NCBI GenBank assembly: GCA_021787475.1
Contig: JAJYLW010000008.1
Location: 3,638 to 67,637 of the forward strand
Direction: 5' to 3'
DNA from: Actinomycetes bacterium
GTDB lineage: Bacteria; Actinomycetota; Thermoleophilia; BMS3ABIN01
Length of the DNA stretch: 64,000 nucleotides
The notes below the pieces were generated by a model that searched no databases, was not told the origin of the DNA, and worked only from the letters and a program-made list of their open reading frames with translations. Both the position numbers and the translations under genes were made by a program. Position 1 is the stretch's first letter; every line of letters starts with the position of its first letter. Shown piece by piece: positions 1 through 11,518 of this stretch.

Positions 1-469
1 CGGCCGGCTTGTTTGCCTCGGCGGAGGCGTAGCCGCGGCCCCGCTTGATCGTCAGCGTCATCTCCAGCTTTGCCTTTTTCCCCAGGTTGGCAATATGCAG
101 GCCCGGGTTGACAATCTCCAGTTCTGAGGGAACTTCGATGTCGCCGGCCGTGGCGGCGCCGACACCCGTCTTCACCAGCCGCACCTCGACCTGCCCCGCC
201 TCGCCGTGCAACCGGCAGACCATCTTCTTCAGATTGAGCACGATATCGGTGACGTCTTCCTTGACGCCGGGGACTGTGGAAAACTCGTGCGAGACGCCCT
301 CAATCTTGACATCCGTGACCGCCGCGCCTTCCAGCGACGACATCAGCACCCGTCTGAGCGAGTTGCCAAAGGTATGGCCAAAGCCGCGGTCGAGCGGCTC
401 GACAACAAAAATCCCCTTGTTGTCTTCCACCTGTTCGTGGGTTATCTTGGGAACCTGGAATGTAAGCAA
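1..469 (-). CDS. rpoA: RNA polymerase alpha subunit, 5' part (runs off window)
   Basis: Manual translation MLTFQVPKITHEQVEDNKGIFVVEPLDRGFGHTFGNSLRR; GGAGG SD before TTG at 469 (in-frame ATG at 481 also possible); follows rpsD. Confidence 0.95.
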   Translation of the reverse strand, partial: MLTFQVPKITHEQVEDNKGIFVVEPLDRGFGHTFGNSLRRVLMSSLEGAAVTDVKIEGVSHEFSTVPGVKEDVTDIVLNLKKMVCRLHGEAGQVEVRLVKTGVGAATAGDIEVPSELEIVNPGLHIANLGKKAKLEMTLTIKRGRGYASAEANKPA

Positions 470-552
470 ATCATCCTCCATGGTTATCAAGTTTGAATCT
501 TTATAAAATGCCTCGGCTAAAGCCCCTGGCGTCATGGTTCTCCCCCGCTTTC

Positions 553-1173
553 TTACTTCGAGTAAAGCTCAACGATTAACTGCTCCGCGACGGGAGCGTC
601 GATCTCTTCCCGCTCGGGGTACCTCAGGATTTTGCCCGTCAGGTTGTCGTGATCAGCCTGAAGCCAGGGCGAAACCGACGCCGTCAGCTCCGTCGCCTCG
701 CTGATGGTGTCGCGAGCGGAAGAGTTTGGCGCCACCGAGACAACGTCGTCAGGCCTCACCCGATATGAAGGTATGTCAACCCTTTTCCCGTTCACCATGA
801 AATGGCCATGCATAACCAGCTGGCGCGCCTGCCGCCGCGATACGGCGAAACCAAGGCGGTAGACCACGTTATCGAGGCGTGTTTCCAGCATCCTGAGCAG
901 GTTCTCGCCCGTAATCCCGGACTGCCTGTTTGCCGCCTCATAGTAGCCGCGGAACTGTTTTTCCAAGAGGCCGTAATAGCGCCTCGCTTTCTGTTTCTCG
1001 CGCAGTTGGGTCAGGTATTCAGTCTGTTTTGTCCGCCGGCGGCCATGCTCGCCGGGCGCGTAGGAGCGCCGGTCGATGGCGCAGCGATCGGTGAGGCAAC
1101 GTTCCCCCTTGAGGTATAATTTCAAACCCTCGCGGCGGCACTGCTTGCAAGCCGGTGAAATATCCTTAGCCAA
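553..1173 (-). CDS. rpsD: 30S ribosomal protein S4 (Cys-containing type)
   Basis: CKQCRREGLKLYLKGERC, LETRLDNVVYRLG, IVELYSK. Confidence 0.98.
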   Translation of the reverse strand: MAKDISPACKQCRREGLKLYLKGERCLTDRCAIDRRSYAPGEHGRRRTKQTEYLTQLREKQKARRYYGLLEKQFRGYYEAANRQSGITGENLLRMLETRLDNVVYRLGFAVSRRQARQLVMHGHFMVNGKRVDIPSYRVRPDDVVSVAPNSSARDTISEATELTASVSPWLQADHDNLTGKILRYPEREEIDAPVAEQLIVELYSK

Positions 1174-1327
1174 AACTAATCACCCTAAAAAATAGTTCCA
1201 AGTTCCGAGTTCCGAGTTCCGAAAAAAACTGCAACCATTGTTTACCGTTTGACAAAATTTTTTGCTTTATCCAGAATCCAGTTTACTGGTTTGTCCAAAA
1301 TTCAACGCTAACATCCACCATCTGCTT

Positions 1328-1723
1328 TTACACTCTCCGGCGTTTGCGCTGCCGGCAACCGTTGTGCGGCACCGGCGTCACGTCCTTGACGCTCATCACT
1401 TCCAGGCCGGCCGCCTGCAGCGAGCGGATAGCGGTCTCACGCCCGGAACCCGGCCCTTTCACGAAGACGTCAACTTTCTTCAGCCCGTGCTCCATGCCTT
1501 TCTTGGCGCAGGAATCAGCGGTTACCTGGGCCGCGAACGGCGTGCTTTTACGCGAGCCTTTAAAGCCCACCGACCCGGCGCTCTCCCAAGCGATCACATT
1601 TCCTTCCTTATCACAAAGGCTGACTATCGTATTGTTAAACGATGTCTTGATGTGCGCCTGCCCGACCGGAATGTTCTTCTTAACCTTGCGGCGCGAGCGG
1701 GCTTTTGTCTTTGGAGCCGCCAT
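1328..1723 (-). CDS. rpsK: 30S ribosomal protein S11
   Basis: [25 protein letters not shown]. Confidence 0.98.
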   Translation of the reverse strand: MAAPKTKARSRRKVKKNIPVGQAHIKTSFNNTIVSLCDKEGNVIAWESAGSVGFKGSRKSTPFAAQVTADSCAKKGMEHGLKKVDVFVKGPGSGRETAIRSLQAAGLEVMSVKDVTPVPHNGCRQRKRRRV

Positions 1724-1829
1724 TACATCCTTTCATTAATCTTCACATATTTTAGGAACTGCTGTTCCTAATATCGGTTCAGAGTTCCGGGTTATTTTCA
1801 ACATGATGTCCGTAACTAGGAATTCGGAA

Positions 1830-2201
1830 CTATTTTTTGCGCCTCACTCCCACTGTCCGCCGCGGCCCCTTGCGGCCGCGGGCATTTGTTTTTGTGCGCT
1901 GGCCCCTTACCGGCAGCCCGCGCCTATGCCGCAGCCCCCGGTAGCAGCCAATCTCCATCAGCCGCTTGACATTCTGGGACCGCTCCCGCCGGAGATCTCC
2001 CTCAACCATCAAATTCTTGTCAAGATATTCCCGCAGGCGGTTGATCTCCTCTTCGGTCAGGTCGCGCACGTAGGTATCCTTGTTTATGCCCAGGTCACCC
2101 AAAACGCGGCTTGACTGGGAGCGCCCCACCCCATAGATATAGGTAAGGCCAATCTCAACCCTCTTGTCATTAGGCAGATTTATGCCGGCGATGCGCGCCA
2201 C
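1830..2201 (-). CDS. rpsM: 30S ribosomal protein S13
   Basis: [28 protein letters not shown]. Confidence 0.98.
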   Translation of the reverse strand: MARIAGINLPNDKRVEIGLTYIYGVGRSQSSRVLGDLGINKDTYVRDLTEEEINRLREYLDKNLMVEGDLRRERSQNVKRLMEIGCYRGLRHRRGLPVRGQRTKTNARGRKGPRRTVGVRRKK

Positions 2202-2231
2202 TTGATGACCTCCGGAAATTGACAGGAGCCG

Positions 2232-2345
2232 TTAGCCCTGCCGTTGCTTGTGCCTCGGGTTGGGGCAGATGACCAGCAGCTTCCCGCCCCGGCGCACAAG
2301 CTTGCACTTCTCGCAAATTGGTTTGACAGATGATCTTACTTTCAT
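2232..2345 (-). CDS. rpmJ: 50S ribosomal protein L36 (Zn-binding form), not in ORF track
   Basis: Manual translation [37 protein letters not shown]; position between infA and rpsM. Confidence 0.97.
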   Translation of the reverse strand: MKVRSSVKPICEKCKLVRRGGKLLVICPNPRHKQRQG

Positions 2346-2426
2346 AGCTATTCCTGTTCCGTTTACCGAGCTCCGGCGTTCCGAGTTCCGAATCGCGAAG
2401 TTGAAATAACTCGGATCTCGAAACTT

Positions 2427-2648
2427 TCACTTAAACCTGTACGTTATCCTTCCCCTGCTTAAATCATATGGAGAAAGCTCTACTTTCACCCGGTCTCCCG
2501 GGAGGATGCGGATGTAATGCATTCGCATCTTGCCGGAAATATGCGCCAGCACTTCATGCTCATTGTCAAGGCGCACCTTGAACATGGTATTGGGAAGGGC
2601 CTCGACGACCTCTCCCTCAAACTCTATTGCTTCCTCTTTTTCAGTCAC
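2427..2648 (-). CDS. infA: Translation initiation factor IF-1
   Basis: [27 protein letters not shown]. Confidence 0.98.
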   Translation of the reverse strand: MTEKEEAIEFEGEVVEALPNTMFKVRLDNEHEVLAHISGKMRMHYIRILPGDRVKVELSPYDLSRGRITYRFK

Positions 2649-2681
2649 TTAGCCTCCGCCTCCGGTGGCCAAACCGGCATT

Positions 2682-3473
2682 TTACCACAAAGGAAGGGCC
2701 GTGCCCAACCCCGGCGCCTTCATCGACCCGCGCAGCGTCAGGATTCGCGGCCCGCTTTCCATCAGCGCCACCGTGTGCTCGAAATGCGCCGACAGGCTGC
2801 CGTCCGCCGTTGATATGGCCCACTTGTCTTCGCCGACTACAACGCGGTGCGTGCCAGCATTGACCATCGGCTCAATAGCAAACACCATCCCTTCTTCCAA
2901 CAACGGGCCTTCGCCCGGCGTGCCATAATTTGGAATCTGCGGGTCCTCGTGCATATTGCGGCCAATACCATGGCCTACCAGCGTCCGCACCACCGCAAAT
3001 CCGTTCGCTTCGACATGTTCTTCCACCGCGTGGGAGACGTCTCCCAGGTGATTCCCCGGCACGCATTTTGCTATTGCCAGCTTCAGCGACGCCTCCGTCA
3101 CCTCCATCAGCCTCTCCGCCAGCCGCCTCGGTTTGCCCGCCGCCACGGTGACGGCGCCGTCCCCGACCCAACCTTCCAGGGTGACGCCGACATCAAGGCT
3201 GACGATGTCGCCATCCTTCAGCTCGTACGGTCCCGGGATGCCATGCACCACCATCGCATTCGGCGAGGCGCAAATGGAGGCCGGAAAACCGCGGTACCCT
3301 TTAAACGTCGGCATCCCCTTGTGCTTCCTGATGAACTTCTCAGCCTTTGCGTCCAGCGCCGCGGTTGTTACGCCCGGCCGGCACTCTCCCCGGAGCATCT
3401 CCAGGCAGGCGGCCACCACCACTCCCGCCTGGGCCATCTTCTCAATCTGGTCCCGTGATTTGCGAATTATCAA
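2682..3473 (-). CDS. map: Methionine aminopeptidase type I
   Basis: VVHGIP, GHGIGRNMHEDP, AIEPMVN, SAHFEHT. Confidence 0.97.
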   Translation of the reverse strand: MIIRKSRDQIEKMAQAGVVVAACLEMLRGECRPGVTTAALDAKAEKFIRKHKGMPTFKGYRGFPASICASPNAMVVHGIPGPYELKDGDIVSLDVGVTLEGWVGDGAVTVAAGKPRRLAERLMEVTEASLKLAIAKCVPGNHLGDVSHAVEEHVEANGFAVVRTLVGHGIGRNMHEDPQIPNYGTPGEGPLLEEGMVFAIEPMVNAGTHRVVVGEDKWAISTADGSLSAHFEHTVALMESGPRILTLRGSMKAPGLGTALPLW

Positions 3474-3506
3474 CTTGACCCGGCCCCAGAGGTGCCAAAA
3501 GCCAGA

Positions 3507-4181
3507 TTAACAATCAAGCTGCTCCCTTGCCCGTGCCAGGATTTCCCTGATTCGCTCATAAATTTCATCCGGATGGCCGACACCGTCAATCTCGGTCGGC
3601 ACCCCCAATTTCCGGTAATAGCCGATCAGTGGCTCCGTCTGCTTGCGATAGACCTCGAGCCGGTTCTGCACCGTCGCCTCGCTGTCGTCGCTGCGCTGGT
3701 AAATCTCACCGCCGCACTCATCACAAATATTCTCCACTTTCGGCGGAGAAAAAACGGTATGGTAAGGCTTCTGGCACTGGCGGCAAAGGCGCCGGCCGGT
3801 CAGCCGCTGAAGCAGTTCCGCTTCCGGCACGGCAATCGCCACCGCCAGCGTCACCCGCCTGCCACTCGCCTCCAACTGCCTGTCGAGCTCCTCTGCCTGG
3901 GCGAGGCTGCGGGGAAAGCCATCCAGGAGGAAGCCGGCCGCCGCGTCCGGCTGCCCCAGCCGCTCGGCAACGATGCCGGTCACCACTTCATCCGGCACGA
4001 GTTCTCCCGCATCCATGAAGCTCTTCGCCCGGGCGCCCAGTTCAGTGCCCTGGGCGACCGCTTCCCGCAGCATGTCCCCGGTGGAGACGTGGACGAGGCC
4101 GAACTCCTGCCTGATCCGCTCCGCCTGGGTTCCCTTGCCCGCGCCCGGCGGACCCAAAAGGATGACGTTCAGGCCCGCCAT
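3507..4181 (-). CDS. adk: Adenylate kinase with Zn-binding LID
   Basis: GPPGAGKGTQA, LLDGFPR, CRQC...CDEC. Confidence 0.98.
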   Translation of the reverse strand: MAGLNVILLGPPGAGKGTQAERIRQEFGLVHVSTGDMLREAVAQGTELGARAKSFMDAGELVPDEVVTGIVAERLGQPDAAAGFLLDGFPRSLAQAEELDRQLEASGRRVTLAVAIAVPEAELLQRLTGRRLCRQCQKPYHTVFSPPKVENICDECGGEIYQRSDDSEATVQNRLEVYRKQTEPLIGYYRKLGVPTEIDGVGHPDEIYERIREILARAREQLDC

Positions 4182-5443
4182 TATTTCAGGAACCCCTCAT
4201 AATGGCGCATCAGCAGTTGCGATTCCATCTGCTGCATGGTCTGAAGCGCGACGCCGACAACAATCAGGATGGAAGTGCCGCCGAAATAAAAAGTTATTCC
4301 CAACCCGCTGATGAGGATGCTCGGCAGCACCGCAATCGCCGCCAGAAAGATGGCTCCCGGCAGGGTCAGGCGCGTCAGCACCCGGTCCAGATAGACGGCC
4401 GTGGGCCGGCCGGGCCTGATGCCGGGAATAAACCCGCCGTACTTCTTCAGGTCGCTGGCCCGCTCCACCGGATCAAACTGTACGGCAGTGTAAAAATAGG
4501 TGAAGCCGATGATGAAGATTGCCTCTGTGATCAGGAACGCCGGACCGGAAGGGCGCAGCCAGTTGGCGAACCAAGATGCGGCGCCGTAGTTTGGGAAAAA
4601 CCTGGCGATCGTCGGTGCAAACATCAACACCGATGAGGCAAATATGACCGGGATGACGCCGGCCATATTGATTGACAGGGGCAGGTAGGTGCTGCCGCCG
4701 GTGGTCATGCGGCGGCCGATCTGCCTCTTGGCGTACTGGATGTTTATGCGCCGCTGCCCCTCCTGCACCAGCACGATGCCGGCGATCACCACGGCGCCGA
4801 TGCCGAGCATGACCACGATCGTGAAAACGCTGGTGGTGGCGGGATTCAGGAACCGGTAGAGGCCGGGGATAAGGCCGGAGACAATGCTGGCAAAGATAAG
4901 CAGTGAGATGCCGTTGCCAATCCCGTGCTGGGTCATCAGCTCGCCGATCCACATCAGCAGGATTGTGCCGGCCGTCAGCGTGATAACGATCTCGTAAAAC
5001 TTGAGCGGTGTCAGCTGGATAATTCCCTGCTGCGCGAAAAGAACGGTGAAGCCTACCGATTGCGCCACCGCCAGCGCGACGGTCAGGTAGCGGGTGTACT
5101 GGGTAATCTTCTGCTGGCCATGCTCGCCCTCGCGGGCCAGCTCCTTCAGCGAGGGGAAGGCCATTGTGAGCAACTGCAGGATGATGGATGCGGTGATGTA
5201 CGGCATGATGCCCAGGGCAAAAACGGCAAATCTGGTGAGCGCGCCACCAGAGAACAGATTCAGAAAACCAAGAATGGATTGTTGATTCGCGGTGTTGTTG
5301 ATAAACTGATTGATTGCGTTAACGTCGATGCCCGGAACGGGCACATGCGCGCCAAAGCGGTAAATCACGATCATGGCGGCCGTGAAGATCAGCTTTTTGC
5401 GCAACTCCGGAATCTTCCACGCATTTGCCAGTGAACCAAACAA
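4181..5443 (-). CDS. secY: Preprotein translocase subunit SecY
   Basis: FALGIMPYITASII, GIGNGISLLIF, FIPGIRPG. Confidence 0.98.
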   Translation of the reverse strand: MFGSLANAWKIPELRKKLIFTAAMIVIYRFGAHVPVPGIDVNAINQFINNTANQQSILGFLNLFSGGALTRFAVFALGIMPYITASIILQLLTMAFPSLKELAREGEHGQQKITQYTRYLTVALAVAQSVGFTVLFAQQGIIQLTPLKFYEIVITLTAGTILLMWIGELMTQHGIGNGISLLIFASIVSGLIPGLYRFLNPATTSVFTIVVMLGIGAVVIAGIVLVQEGQRRINIQYAKRQIGRRMTTGGSTYLPLSINMAGVIPVIFASSVLMFAPTIARFFPNYGAASWFANWLRPSGPAFLITEAIFIIGFTYFYTAVQFDPVERASDLKKYGGFIPGIRPGRPTAVYLDRVLTRLTLPGAIFLAAIAVLPSILISGLGITFYFGGTSILIVVGVALQTMQQMESQLLMRHYEGFLK

Positions 5444-5444
5444 G

Positions 5445-5954
5445 CTAAATAACCTCCGCCTTGCCGCCGGCGGCTTCGATCTTCTCGCGGGCGGTCTTGC
5501 TGAAGCCGGCAGCGCGCACGGTCAGCGCCGCCTTGACCTCGCCGCGGCCGAGAATCTTAAGCGGCAACTTCGTGTTCTTGATGATGCCCGCCTCGGCAAG
5601 CGCCTCGGGGGTAATCGTGGCCTTTGCCGCAAAACCGGACAGACGGTCAACATTAACGGCCTGGGACCGGGTGCGGAACGGGCCCATCGGCATGCTCATT
5701 TTCTTGTTGGGGCCGCGCAGCTTGCCAACCCGCATGTAGAGCGGCATCTGGCCGCCTTCATATCCCGGCCGGGGCCGGCCGCCGGAGCGGCTGTTAAAGC
5801 CCTTGTGGCCGCGGCCGGAGGTCTTGCCGTGGCCGCTGCCGTGCCCCCGCCCGACCCGCTTGCAGGTATGCTTCGCCCTGGGCGCCGGGTGCAGATTATG
5901 CAGACCAAGGTAGCCCTCGCCGGTGTCTTTTTTTCTTTTGTCTTCGGTGCTCAT
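5445..5954 (-). CDS. rplO: 50S ribosomal protein L15
   Basis: RVGRGHGSGHGKTSGRGHKG, EGGQMPL. Confidence 0.97.
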   Translation of the reverse strand: MSTEDKRKKDTGEGYLGLHNLHPAPRAKHTCKRVGRGHGSGHGKTSGRGHKGFNSRSGGRPRPGYEGGQMPLYMRVGKLRGPNKKMSMPMGPFRTRSQAVNVDRLSGFAAKATITPEALAEAGIIKNTKLPLKILGRGEVKAALTVRAAGFSKTAREKIEAAGGKAEVI

Positions 5955-6025
5955 AAAAATCTCCGGTTAACGATTAATGAGCCGCTTCCCTGGCACGTTA
6001 AACGTGAAACGCCAAACATGAAGCA

Positions 6026-6208
6026 TTACTTGACCTCTTCCACTTCTACCATAAACCGGACGTGATTGATCATGCCGCGGATAACGGGGTTGTCGTCATG
6101 GATGACGCTGTGGTTGATCCGACGCAGGCCAAGGGCACGGACTGTCCGCCGGTGCTCCGCCTTGCGCCCGATCAGGCTTTTCTGTTGCGTAATCTTCAAC
6201 CTGGCCAT
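6026..6208 (-). CDS. rpmD: 50S ribosomal protein L30
   Basis: [14 protein letters not shown]...[11 protein letters not shown]; start moved to ATG 6208. Confidence 0.95.
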   Translation of the reverse strand: MARLKITQQKSLIGRKAEHRRTVRALGLRRINHSVIHDDNPVIRGMINHVRFMVEVEEVK

Positions 6209-6209
6209 G

Positions 6210-6776
6210 TTATTCCGCCGCCTGCCCGGCCGTCTCTGCGGGAGGCTCGGCCGGGCCGGCTCCAAGAATCTCGGCAACGGTCTTGCCTCTCAACTTCGCC
6301 AGCGCCTTGGGATCCTTCAGCGATAGCAACCCGTCGATGCTGGCGCGGACCATGTTGATCGGGTTTGTCGTTCCCAGGCATTTGGCCAGCACATCATGGA
6401 TGCCGGCCAGCTCGAGCACCGCGCGTACGCCTCCGCCGGCGATGATGCCGGTGCCGGGCGAAGCCGGCTTGAGCAGCACGCGTCCGGCTCCGTAGCTGCC
6501 AATCACCTGATGAGTAATTGTCGTCTTGTATTTGGGAACCTGAAACATGTTTTTTTTCGCGTCCTCGACGGCCTTCTGGATCGCCAGCGGCACTTCCTTG
6601 GCTTTGCCGTAACCGACGCCGACGCGGCTGACCGCATCGCCGACAACAACGAGCGCGGTGAAGGAGAAGCGCCGGCCGCCCTTTACCACCTTGGCGACGC
6701 GGTTGATATGCACGACTTTTTCCTGGAGCTCGGGAGCCTTGCGGCCCAGCTCGATTTTTTCGTAAGCGTCGGCCAT
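6210..6776 (-). CDS. rpsE: 30S ribosomal protein S5
   Basis: [24 protein letters not shown]; start moved to ATG 6776. Confidence 0.97.
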   Translation of the reverse strand: MADAYEKIELGRKAPELQEKVVHINRVAKVVKGGRRFSFTALVVVGDAVSRVGVGYGKAKEVPLAIQKAVEDAKKNMFQVPKYKTTITHQVIGSYGAGRVLLKPASPGTGIIAGGGVRAVLELAGIHDVLAKCLGTTNPINMVRASIDGLLSLKDPKALAKLRGKTVAEILGAGPAEPPAETAGQAAE

Positions 6777-6777
6777 G

Positions 6778-7146
6778 CTAGAACTCGATTCCTCCTTTGC
6801 GGACAGCCTCAGCCAGGGCCTTGACGCGTCCATGGTAGAGGTAGGCGCCGCGGTCAAAAACGACCCGCCCGATATTTTTTTCCCTGGCCCGCGCCGCCAG
6901 CAGCTCGCCAACCTTTCCGGCGGTCTCGGTCTTTTTCAGGTCGGATTCCTTGATTTCCTGAGATGAAGCCGAGACGAGCGTCTTGCCCTCCAGATCGTCA
7001 ATCACCTGGGCGCAAATGCCGCGGTTGCTCCGGAAAACACTCAACCGGGGCCGGCCGGCCGCGCCCTTGATGCGGCGTCGCACCCGCTGCCGACGCCGGC
7101 TGCGGGTCTCGTCCCTGCTGATCAGCTGTTCCCTGGTCTTTGCCAC
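6778..7146 (-). CDS. rplR: 50S ribosomal protein L18
   Basis: [28 protein letters not shown]; GTG start just after rplF stop. Confidence 0.95.
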   Translation of the reverse strand: MAKTREQLISRDETRSRRRQRVRRRIKGAAGRPRLSVFRSNRGICAQVIDDLEGKTLVSASSQEIKESDLKKTETAGKVGELLAARAREKNIGRVVFDRGAYLYHGRVKALAEAVRKGGIEF

Positions 7147-7147
7147 G

Positions 7148-7684
7148 TTACGCCCTCTTGCCAACCTTCCTGCGAATCTGCTCTTCTTCGTACTTGATCC
7201 CCTTGCCCTTGTACGGCTCCGGCGGGCGGATCGCGCGAATCTCGGCGGCAATCTGCCCGACCGCCTGCTTGTCGATGCCCCTGACAATCACCTGGGTCGG
7301 CTTGGGCACTTCAAAGATGATCTCCTTGCCAGCGGGAGTGATTAGCACCGGGTGCGAGTAACCAACCGTCAGCTCCAGGTCACTGCCCTTCAACTGGGCG
7401 CGGTAGCCGACGCCGTTGATCTCCAGCCGCCGCTCAAAACCCTCAGTGACGCCCCTGACCATATTGGCAATCAGGGTGCGGGTAAGCCCGTGCAGCGAGC
7501 GATGCTGCGCCTGGTCCGTCGGCCGGCGCACCAGGATCTGCTTCTCCTCCTGGGCGATCTCCATCTCAGACGAAAAACCAGCCGATAAGGAACCCTTCGG
7601 TCCGCTGACGGTGACTTCCGAGCCGTCGATTTTGATCTCAACCCCACCCGGGATAGGTATCGGTGCTTTGCCGATTCGTGACAT
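7148..7684 (-). CDS. rplF: 50S ribosomal protein L6
   Basis: [19 protein letters not shown]. Confidence 0.98.
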   Translation of the reverse strand: MSRIGKAPIPIPGGVEIKIDGSEVTVSGPKGSLSAGFSSEMEIAQEEKQILVRRPTDQAQHRSLHGLTRTLIANMVRGVTEGFERRLEINGVGYRAQLKGSDLELTVGYSHPVLITPAGKEIIFEVPKPTQVIVRGIDKQAVGQIAAEIRAIRPPEPYKGKGIKYEEEQIRRKVGKRA

Positions 7685-7781
7685 TACACTATGACCCCGT
7701 TTTTTAGTTTCCGGTTTCCGGTCAAGTTTTGGGTTTTGGGTTTTGGGTTTTATCCATTATCCACCATCCACCATCTGCTTT

Positions 7782-8180
7782 TCACCAGATAAAGCAGACG
7801 ACTTCGCCGCCGATCCCTTTCTTCTCGGCTTCTCGGCCGGTCATCAGGCCTTTCGACGTTGACAAAATGGCTGTCCCCAACCCTCCGAGGACCCTGGGAA
7901 TGCTCTCCTTGCGGGCGTAAACGCGGCGGCCCGGCTTGCTGATCCGCTTCAGGCCCGAGATGACGCGCTGCCTCTCGGGACTGTACTTGAGGTCAACGAT
8001 AATATTGTCAAAACTTTTGCCGCGCACAAGCGCGAAGTCACGAATATACCCTTCCTGCTTGAGCAGTTTCGCAATTTCCATTTTCATCATCGACGCCGGC
8101 ATCTCAACCCTGTCCTTCAGACTTGTGTTGGCGTTCCGCAGTCGCGTCAACATGTCGGCAATCGGGTCATTAACAGTCAT
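7782..8180 (-). CDS. rpsH: 30S ribosomal protein S8
   Basis: DPIADMLTRLRNA, ISKPGRRVY; GGAGG SD before ATG 8180. Confidence 0.97.
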   Translation of the reverse strand: MTVNDPIADMLTRLRNANTSLKDRVEMPASMMKMEIAKLLKQEGYIRDFALVRGKSFDNIIVDLKYSPERQRVISGLKRISKPGRRVYARKESIPRVLGGLGTAILSTSKGLMTGREAEKKGIGGEVVCFIW

Positions 8181-8191
8181 CTGCGAGCCTC

Positions 8192-8377
8192 CTACCAGCT
8201 GGACTTTGTCAAACCGGGAATGACGCCATGATGGGCCAGTTCGCGCAGGCAGATGCGGCAGAGGCCGAATTTGCGAAAATAACCGCGCGGCCGGCCGCAG
8301 CGACGGCAACGGTGATACCCGCGGCTGCTGTACTTGGGCGTCCGGTTTGACTTGACTACCAGTGAAGTCTTTGCCAT
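8192..8377 (-). CDS. rpsZ: 30S ribosomal protein S14 type Z (Zn-binding)
   Basis: 61 aa, RCRRCGRPR...LCRICLRE. Confidence 0.96.
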   Translation of the reverse strand: MAKTSLVVKSNRTPKYSSRGYHRCRRCGRPRGYFRKFGLCRICLRELAHHGVIPGLTKSSW

Positions 8378-8386
8378 TTCTTCTCC

Positions 8387-8929
8387 TTACCGCTCCCGGA
8401 AAGGCATGCCCAGCCCGGCCATCAGGGCGCGCCCTTCATCATTATTGGCGGCGGTTGTTGTTATTGCGATATCAAGGCCCCGGGTCTGCGAGATTGAATC
8501 ATAATCAATCTCGGGAAAGATCATCTGCTCCCGGATCCCCAGTGACATGTTGCCGCGCCCATCGAACGATTTGGGAGAAATCCCCCTGAAGTCCCGCACC
8601 CGGGGCAGGGCGATTGAAATCAGCCGGTCCAGGAACTCGTACATCCGCTCACCCCTGAGCGTCACCGAGCAGCCCACCGGCATGCCGGCCCGGATCTTGA
8701 ACTGCGCGATCGATTTGCGGGCCCGGTTCAGCTGCGGCTTCTGCCCGGTGATTACCGCCAGTTCGGCCATGGCGTCCTCCAGGGCCTTGGCATCTGTCTT
8801 CGCCTCGCCAACGCCCATGTTCACCGTCACTTTGGTGACGCGGGGAGCCCGCATCGGAGAATTCATCTCAAACTCCCGCATCAACTGCGGCAGAATCTCG
8901 TTTTCATACCTGTCTTTCAAGCGTGCCAT
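8387..8929 (-). CDS. rplE: 50S ribosomal protein L5
   Basis: [24 protein letters not shown]; start moved to ATG 8929. Confidence 0.97.
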   Translation of the reverse strand: MARLKDRYENEILPQLMREFEMNSPMRAPRVTKVTVNMGVGEAKTDAKALEDAMAELAVITGQKPQLNRARKSIAQFKIRAGMPVGCSVTLRGERMYEFLDRLISIALPRVRDFRGISPKSFDGRGNMSLGIREQMIFPEIDYDSISQTRGLDIAITTTAANNDEGRALMAGLGMPFRER

Positions 8930-8993
8930 AATTGCTCTTTCTCTATCCAGCAACTGGTTTTTTGGTTTTATCCAGCATCCAGAATCCGCTTCA

Positions 8994-9311
8994 TCACTCT
9001 GTCTCCGCGCCGCACTGCTTGCAGACACGCAGCCGGCCGGTCTCGGTGCGCTTGACGCCAAGCCGGACGGCGCTGTTGCAGCGCGAACAGTAATACATCA
9101 CGTTGGAAATGTGGATGGCAGCCTCCCGCTCCAGCGTACCCTGGGGATTGCTTGGCGTCGGCCGTTTATGGCGCTTGGCCATATTCAGACGCTCGACAAC
9201 CACCCGCTGCTCCACGGGGTCGACGCGCAGCACCTTGCCGGTCTTCCCCCGGGCCTTGCCGGCGATAACCCTGACCGTGTCGCCCTTTTTTATTTTCAGT
9301 TTGTTCGACAT
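8994..9311 (-). CDS. rplX: 50S ribosomal protein L24
   Basis: [28 protein letters not shown]; start moved to ATG 9311. Confidence 0.96.
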   Translation of the reverse strand: MSNKLKIKKGDTVRVIAGKARGKTGKVLRVDPVEQRVVVERLNMAKRHKRPTPSNPQGTLEREAAIHISNVMYYCSRCNSAVRLGVKRTETGRLRVCKQCGAETE

Positions 9312-9390
9312 AAAATTGAGTTTTGCGTTTCGAGTTCCGAGTTCCCTTTGCACCAGTTTTAAGCCGGACTCAGGAATCCGGGACTTATAT

Positions 9391-9759
9391 TTATAATACC
9401 TCCGGCGCCAGCGAGACGATTTTCATGAAGTTCTTGTCCCTCAGCTCCCGGGCCACGGGGCCGAAAATGCGAGTTCCCCGCGGATTCCGGGCCGCATCGA
9501 TCAGGACAGCCGCGTTCTCGTCAAACGCGATGTAGGTGCCATCCCGGCGCACCAGCTCCTTCTTTGTCCGGACCACAACCGCCCGTACGACTTCGCCCTT
9601 TTTGACGGCGCCGCCGGGGGTAGCGACTTTCACCGTCCCCACGATCGTGTCGCCAATGCGGGCATACCGCCGCCTCGAGCCGCCCATGATGCGGATGCAA
9701 AGCAGCTCGCGGGCGCCTGTATTGTCCGCCACTTTCAACCTTGTCTCGACCTGGATCAC
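9391..9759 (-). CDS. rplN: 50S ribosomal protein L14
   Basis: [27 protein letters not shown]. Confidence 0.98.
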   Translation of the reverse strand: MIQVETRLKVADNTGARELLCIRIMGGSRRRYARIGDTIVGTVKVATPGGAVKKGEVVRAVVVRTKKELVRRDGTYIAFDENAAVLIDAARNPRGTRIFGPVARELRDKNFMKIVSLAPEVL

Positions 9760-9881
9760 AACAAACCGTTGCTTTCTGGAAATCGTTGCTAAATAACAGG
9801 TTATTGCTCTTTTGACGTTTTCGTTTAACGTTAACGTTTCATGTTTAACGTCTGTGAGTAGTCCCGTGCAACGTTAAACGT

Positions 9882-10142
9882 TCACTTGGCCTTCTCCAGA
9901 ATCTCTGCCAGCCGCCAGCGCTTGTTTTTTGATAGCGGCCTTGTCTCGATTACGCGCACCATATCACCGGCGTGCGCCTCGTTTTTTTCATCGTGGGCGG
10001 CCAGCTTCCTGGACTTGATCATTGTCTTGCCGTAGAGCCGGTGCGGCTTTCTGGTATCGATGCGGACAACGATCGTCTTATCCATTTTGTCGCTGACCAC
10101 AACGCCGCGGCGCTCCTTGCCTGTCTTTGCCTCTTCTCCCAC
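9882..10142 (-). CDS. rpsQ: 30S ribosomal protein S17
   Basis: [25 protein letters not shown]. Confidence 0.98.
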   Translation of the reverse strand: MGEEAKTGKERRGVVVSDKMDKTIVVRIDTRKPHRLYGKTMIKSRKLAAHDEKNEAHAGDMVRVIETRPLSKNKRWRLAEILEKAK

Positions 10143-10361
10143 TTACGCCTCCTGTTCGGCTTCCAGATATTCCCGCTCCCGCTGCACGGTCAGAATGCGG
10201 GCAATATCCTGCCGCACCAGTTGCAGCTTGTGCGGATTGTCAAGCTGCCCCGTGGCGTGCTGGAACCTCAGGTTGAAGAGCTGCTTGCGGGTTTCGCGCA
10301 AACGGTCGTCCAGCTCCTCGTCGGTCATCTCGCGAAGCTCATTGGCCTTCAAAAATATCAC
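10143..10361 (-). CDS. rpmC: 50S ribosomal protein L29
   Basis: [23 protein letters not shown]. Confidence 0.96.
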   Translation of the reverse strand: MIFLKANELREMTDEELDDRLRETRKQLFNLRFQHATGQLDNPHKLQLVRQDIARILTVQREREYLEAEQEA

Positions 10362-10767
10362 CCTGACGCATTACGAATTTGCACTTGACCGGCAGCTTGT
10401 GGGACGCCAGCCTGATGGCTTCCCGGGCTACAGTCGGCGCCACGCCGGCAAGCTCAAACATTACCTTCCCCGGCTTAACCACAGCCACCCATTGCTCGGG
10501 CGAGCCCTTGCCGCCGCCCATCCTTGTCTCCGCCGGCTTCTCCGTGACCGGCTTCTGCGGAAAGATGTTAATCCAGACTTTGCCGCCGCGCTTGATATGG
10601 CGGGTCATGGCAATCCGGGCCGCTTCGATCTGCCTGTTTGTGATCCAGGCCGGCTCCAGCGCCTTGAGCCCGTATTCACCGTGTTCAATGCGGTTGCCGC
10701 CCTTCGACTTGCCCGGCATCCGGCCCCGGTGCTGTTTGCGATATTTTGTTTTTTTTGGCAGCAACAT
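10339..10767 (-). CDS. rplP: 50S ribosomal protein L16
   Basis: [27 protein letters not shown]. Confidence 0.98.
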   Translation of the reverse strand: MLLPKKTKYRKQHRGRMPGKSKGGNRIEHGEYGLKALEPAWITNRQIEAARIAMTRHIKRGGKVWINIFPQKPVTEKPAETRMGGGKGSPEQWVAVVKPGKVMFELAGVAPTVAREAIRLASHKLPVKCKFVMRQGDIFEGQ

Positions 10768-10822
10768 CTGAGTTCAAAATTCCAAGCTCAAAGCTCTGGG
10801 ATCCGGGTTCAAAGTTGACAAG

Positions 10823-11518
10823 CTACTTGCGTCTTTGCGCATCTACCTCGCCCAGGCGGCGGTCGTTCTTCTTTGCCTCCGTGTCATAGCCGGCAGGCAT
10901 GATTTCGCCCTTGTTAATCCAGACCTTGACGCCAATGCGGCCAAAAGTTGTCCTGGCTTCAGTGAAGCCGTAATCGATGTCGGCTCTGAGCGTGTGCAGC
11001 GGCACCCGCCCCTCGCTGTACCCTTCAGTGCGGGCCATCTCGGCGCCGCCCAGGCGCCCGGCGCAAGCCACCTTGATGCCTTCGGCGCCCGACCTGATTG
11101 CCGAGGTGATCGCCCGCTTCATGGCGCGGCGGAAAGCCACCCTGCCTTCAAGCTGCTCGGCAATCGACTGGGCCACCAGGTTGGCGTCCAGCTCCGGCCG
11201 CTTGACCTCAATAATATTCGCCAGCACAGCCTTGCCGGTAACGGCATGGATCTCCTTGCGCAGCGCATCCACTTCGGCGCCGCTCTTGCCGATAACGATG
11301 CCCGGCCGGGCGGTATGAATGTCAATGGTTATCTTTTGCGCATCCTTCTTGATATGGATGTCGGACAGCGCCGCGTGGCGAAGCTTCTGGCGAATATGCT
11401 TGCGAATCAGCAGATCCTCAATCAAAAAATTGGCAAAATCTTTCTCGGTGTACCAGTGGGATTTCCAGTCATGGATAATCCCCAGCCTCAAGCCGCCGGG
11501 ATGAACTTTCTGGCCCAC
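10823..11518 (-). CDS. rpsC: 30S ribosomal protein S3
   Basis: [32 protein letters not shown]. Confidence 0.98.
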   Translation of the reverse strand: MGQKVHPGGLRLGIIHDWKSHWYTEKDFANFLIEDLLIRKHIRQKLRHAALSDIHIKKDAQKITIDIHTARPGIVIGKSGAEVDALRKEIHAVTGKAVLANIIEVKRPELDANLVAQSIAEQLEGRVAFRRAMKRAITSAIRSGAEGIKVACAGRLGGAEMARTEGYSEGRVPLHTLRADIDYGFTEARTTFGRIGVKVWINKGEIMPAGYDTEAKKNDRRLGEVDAQRRK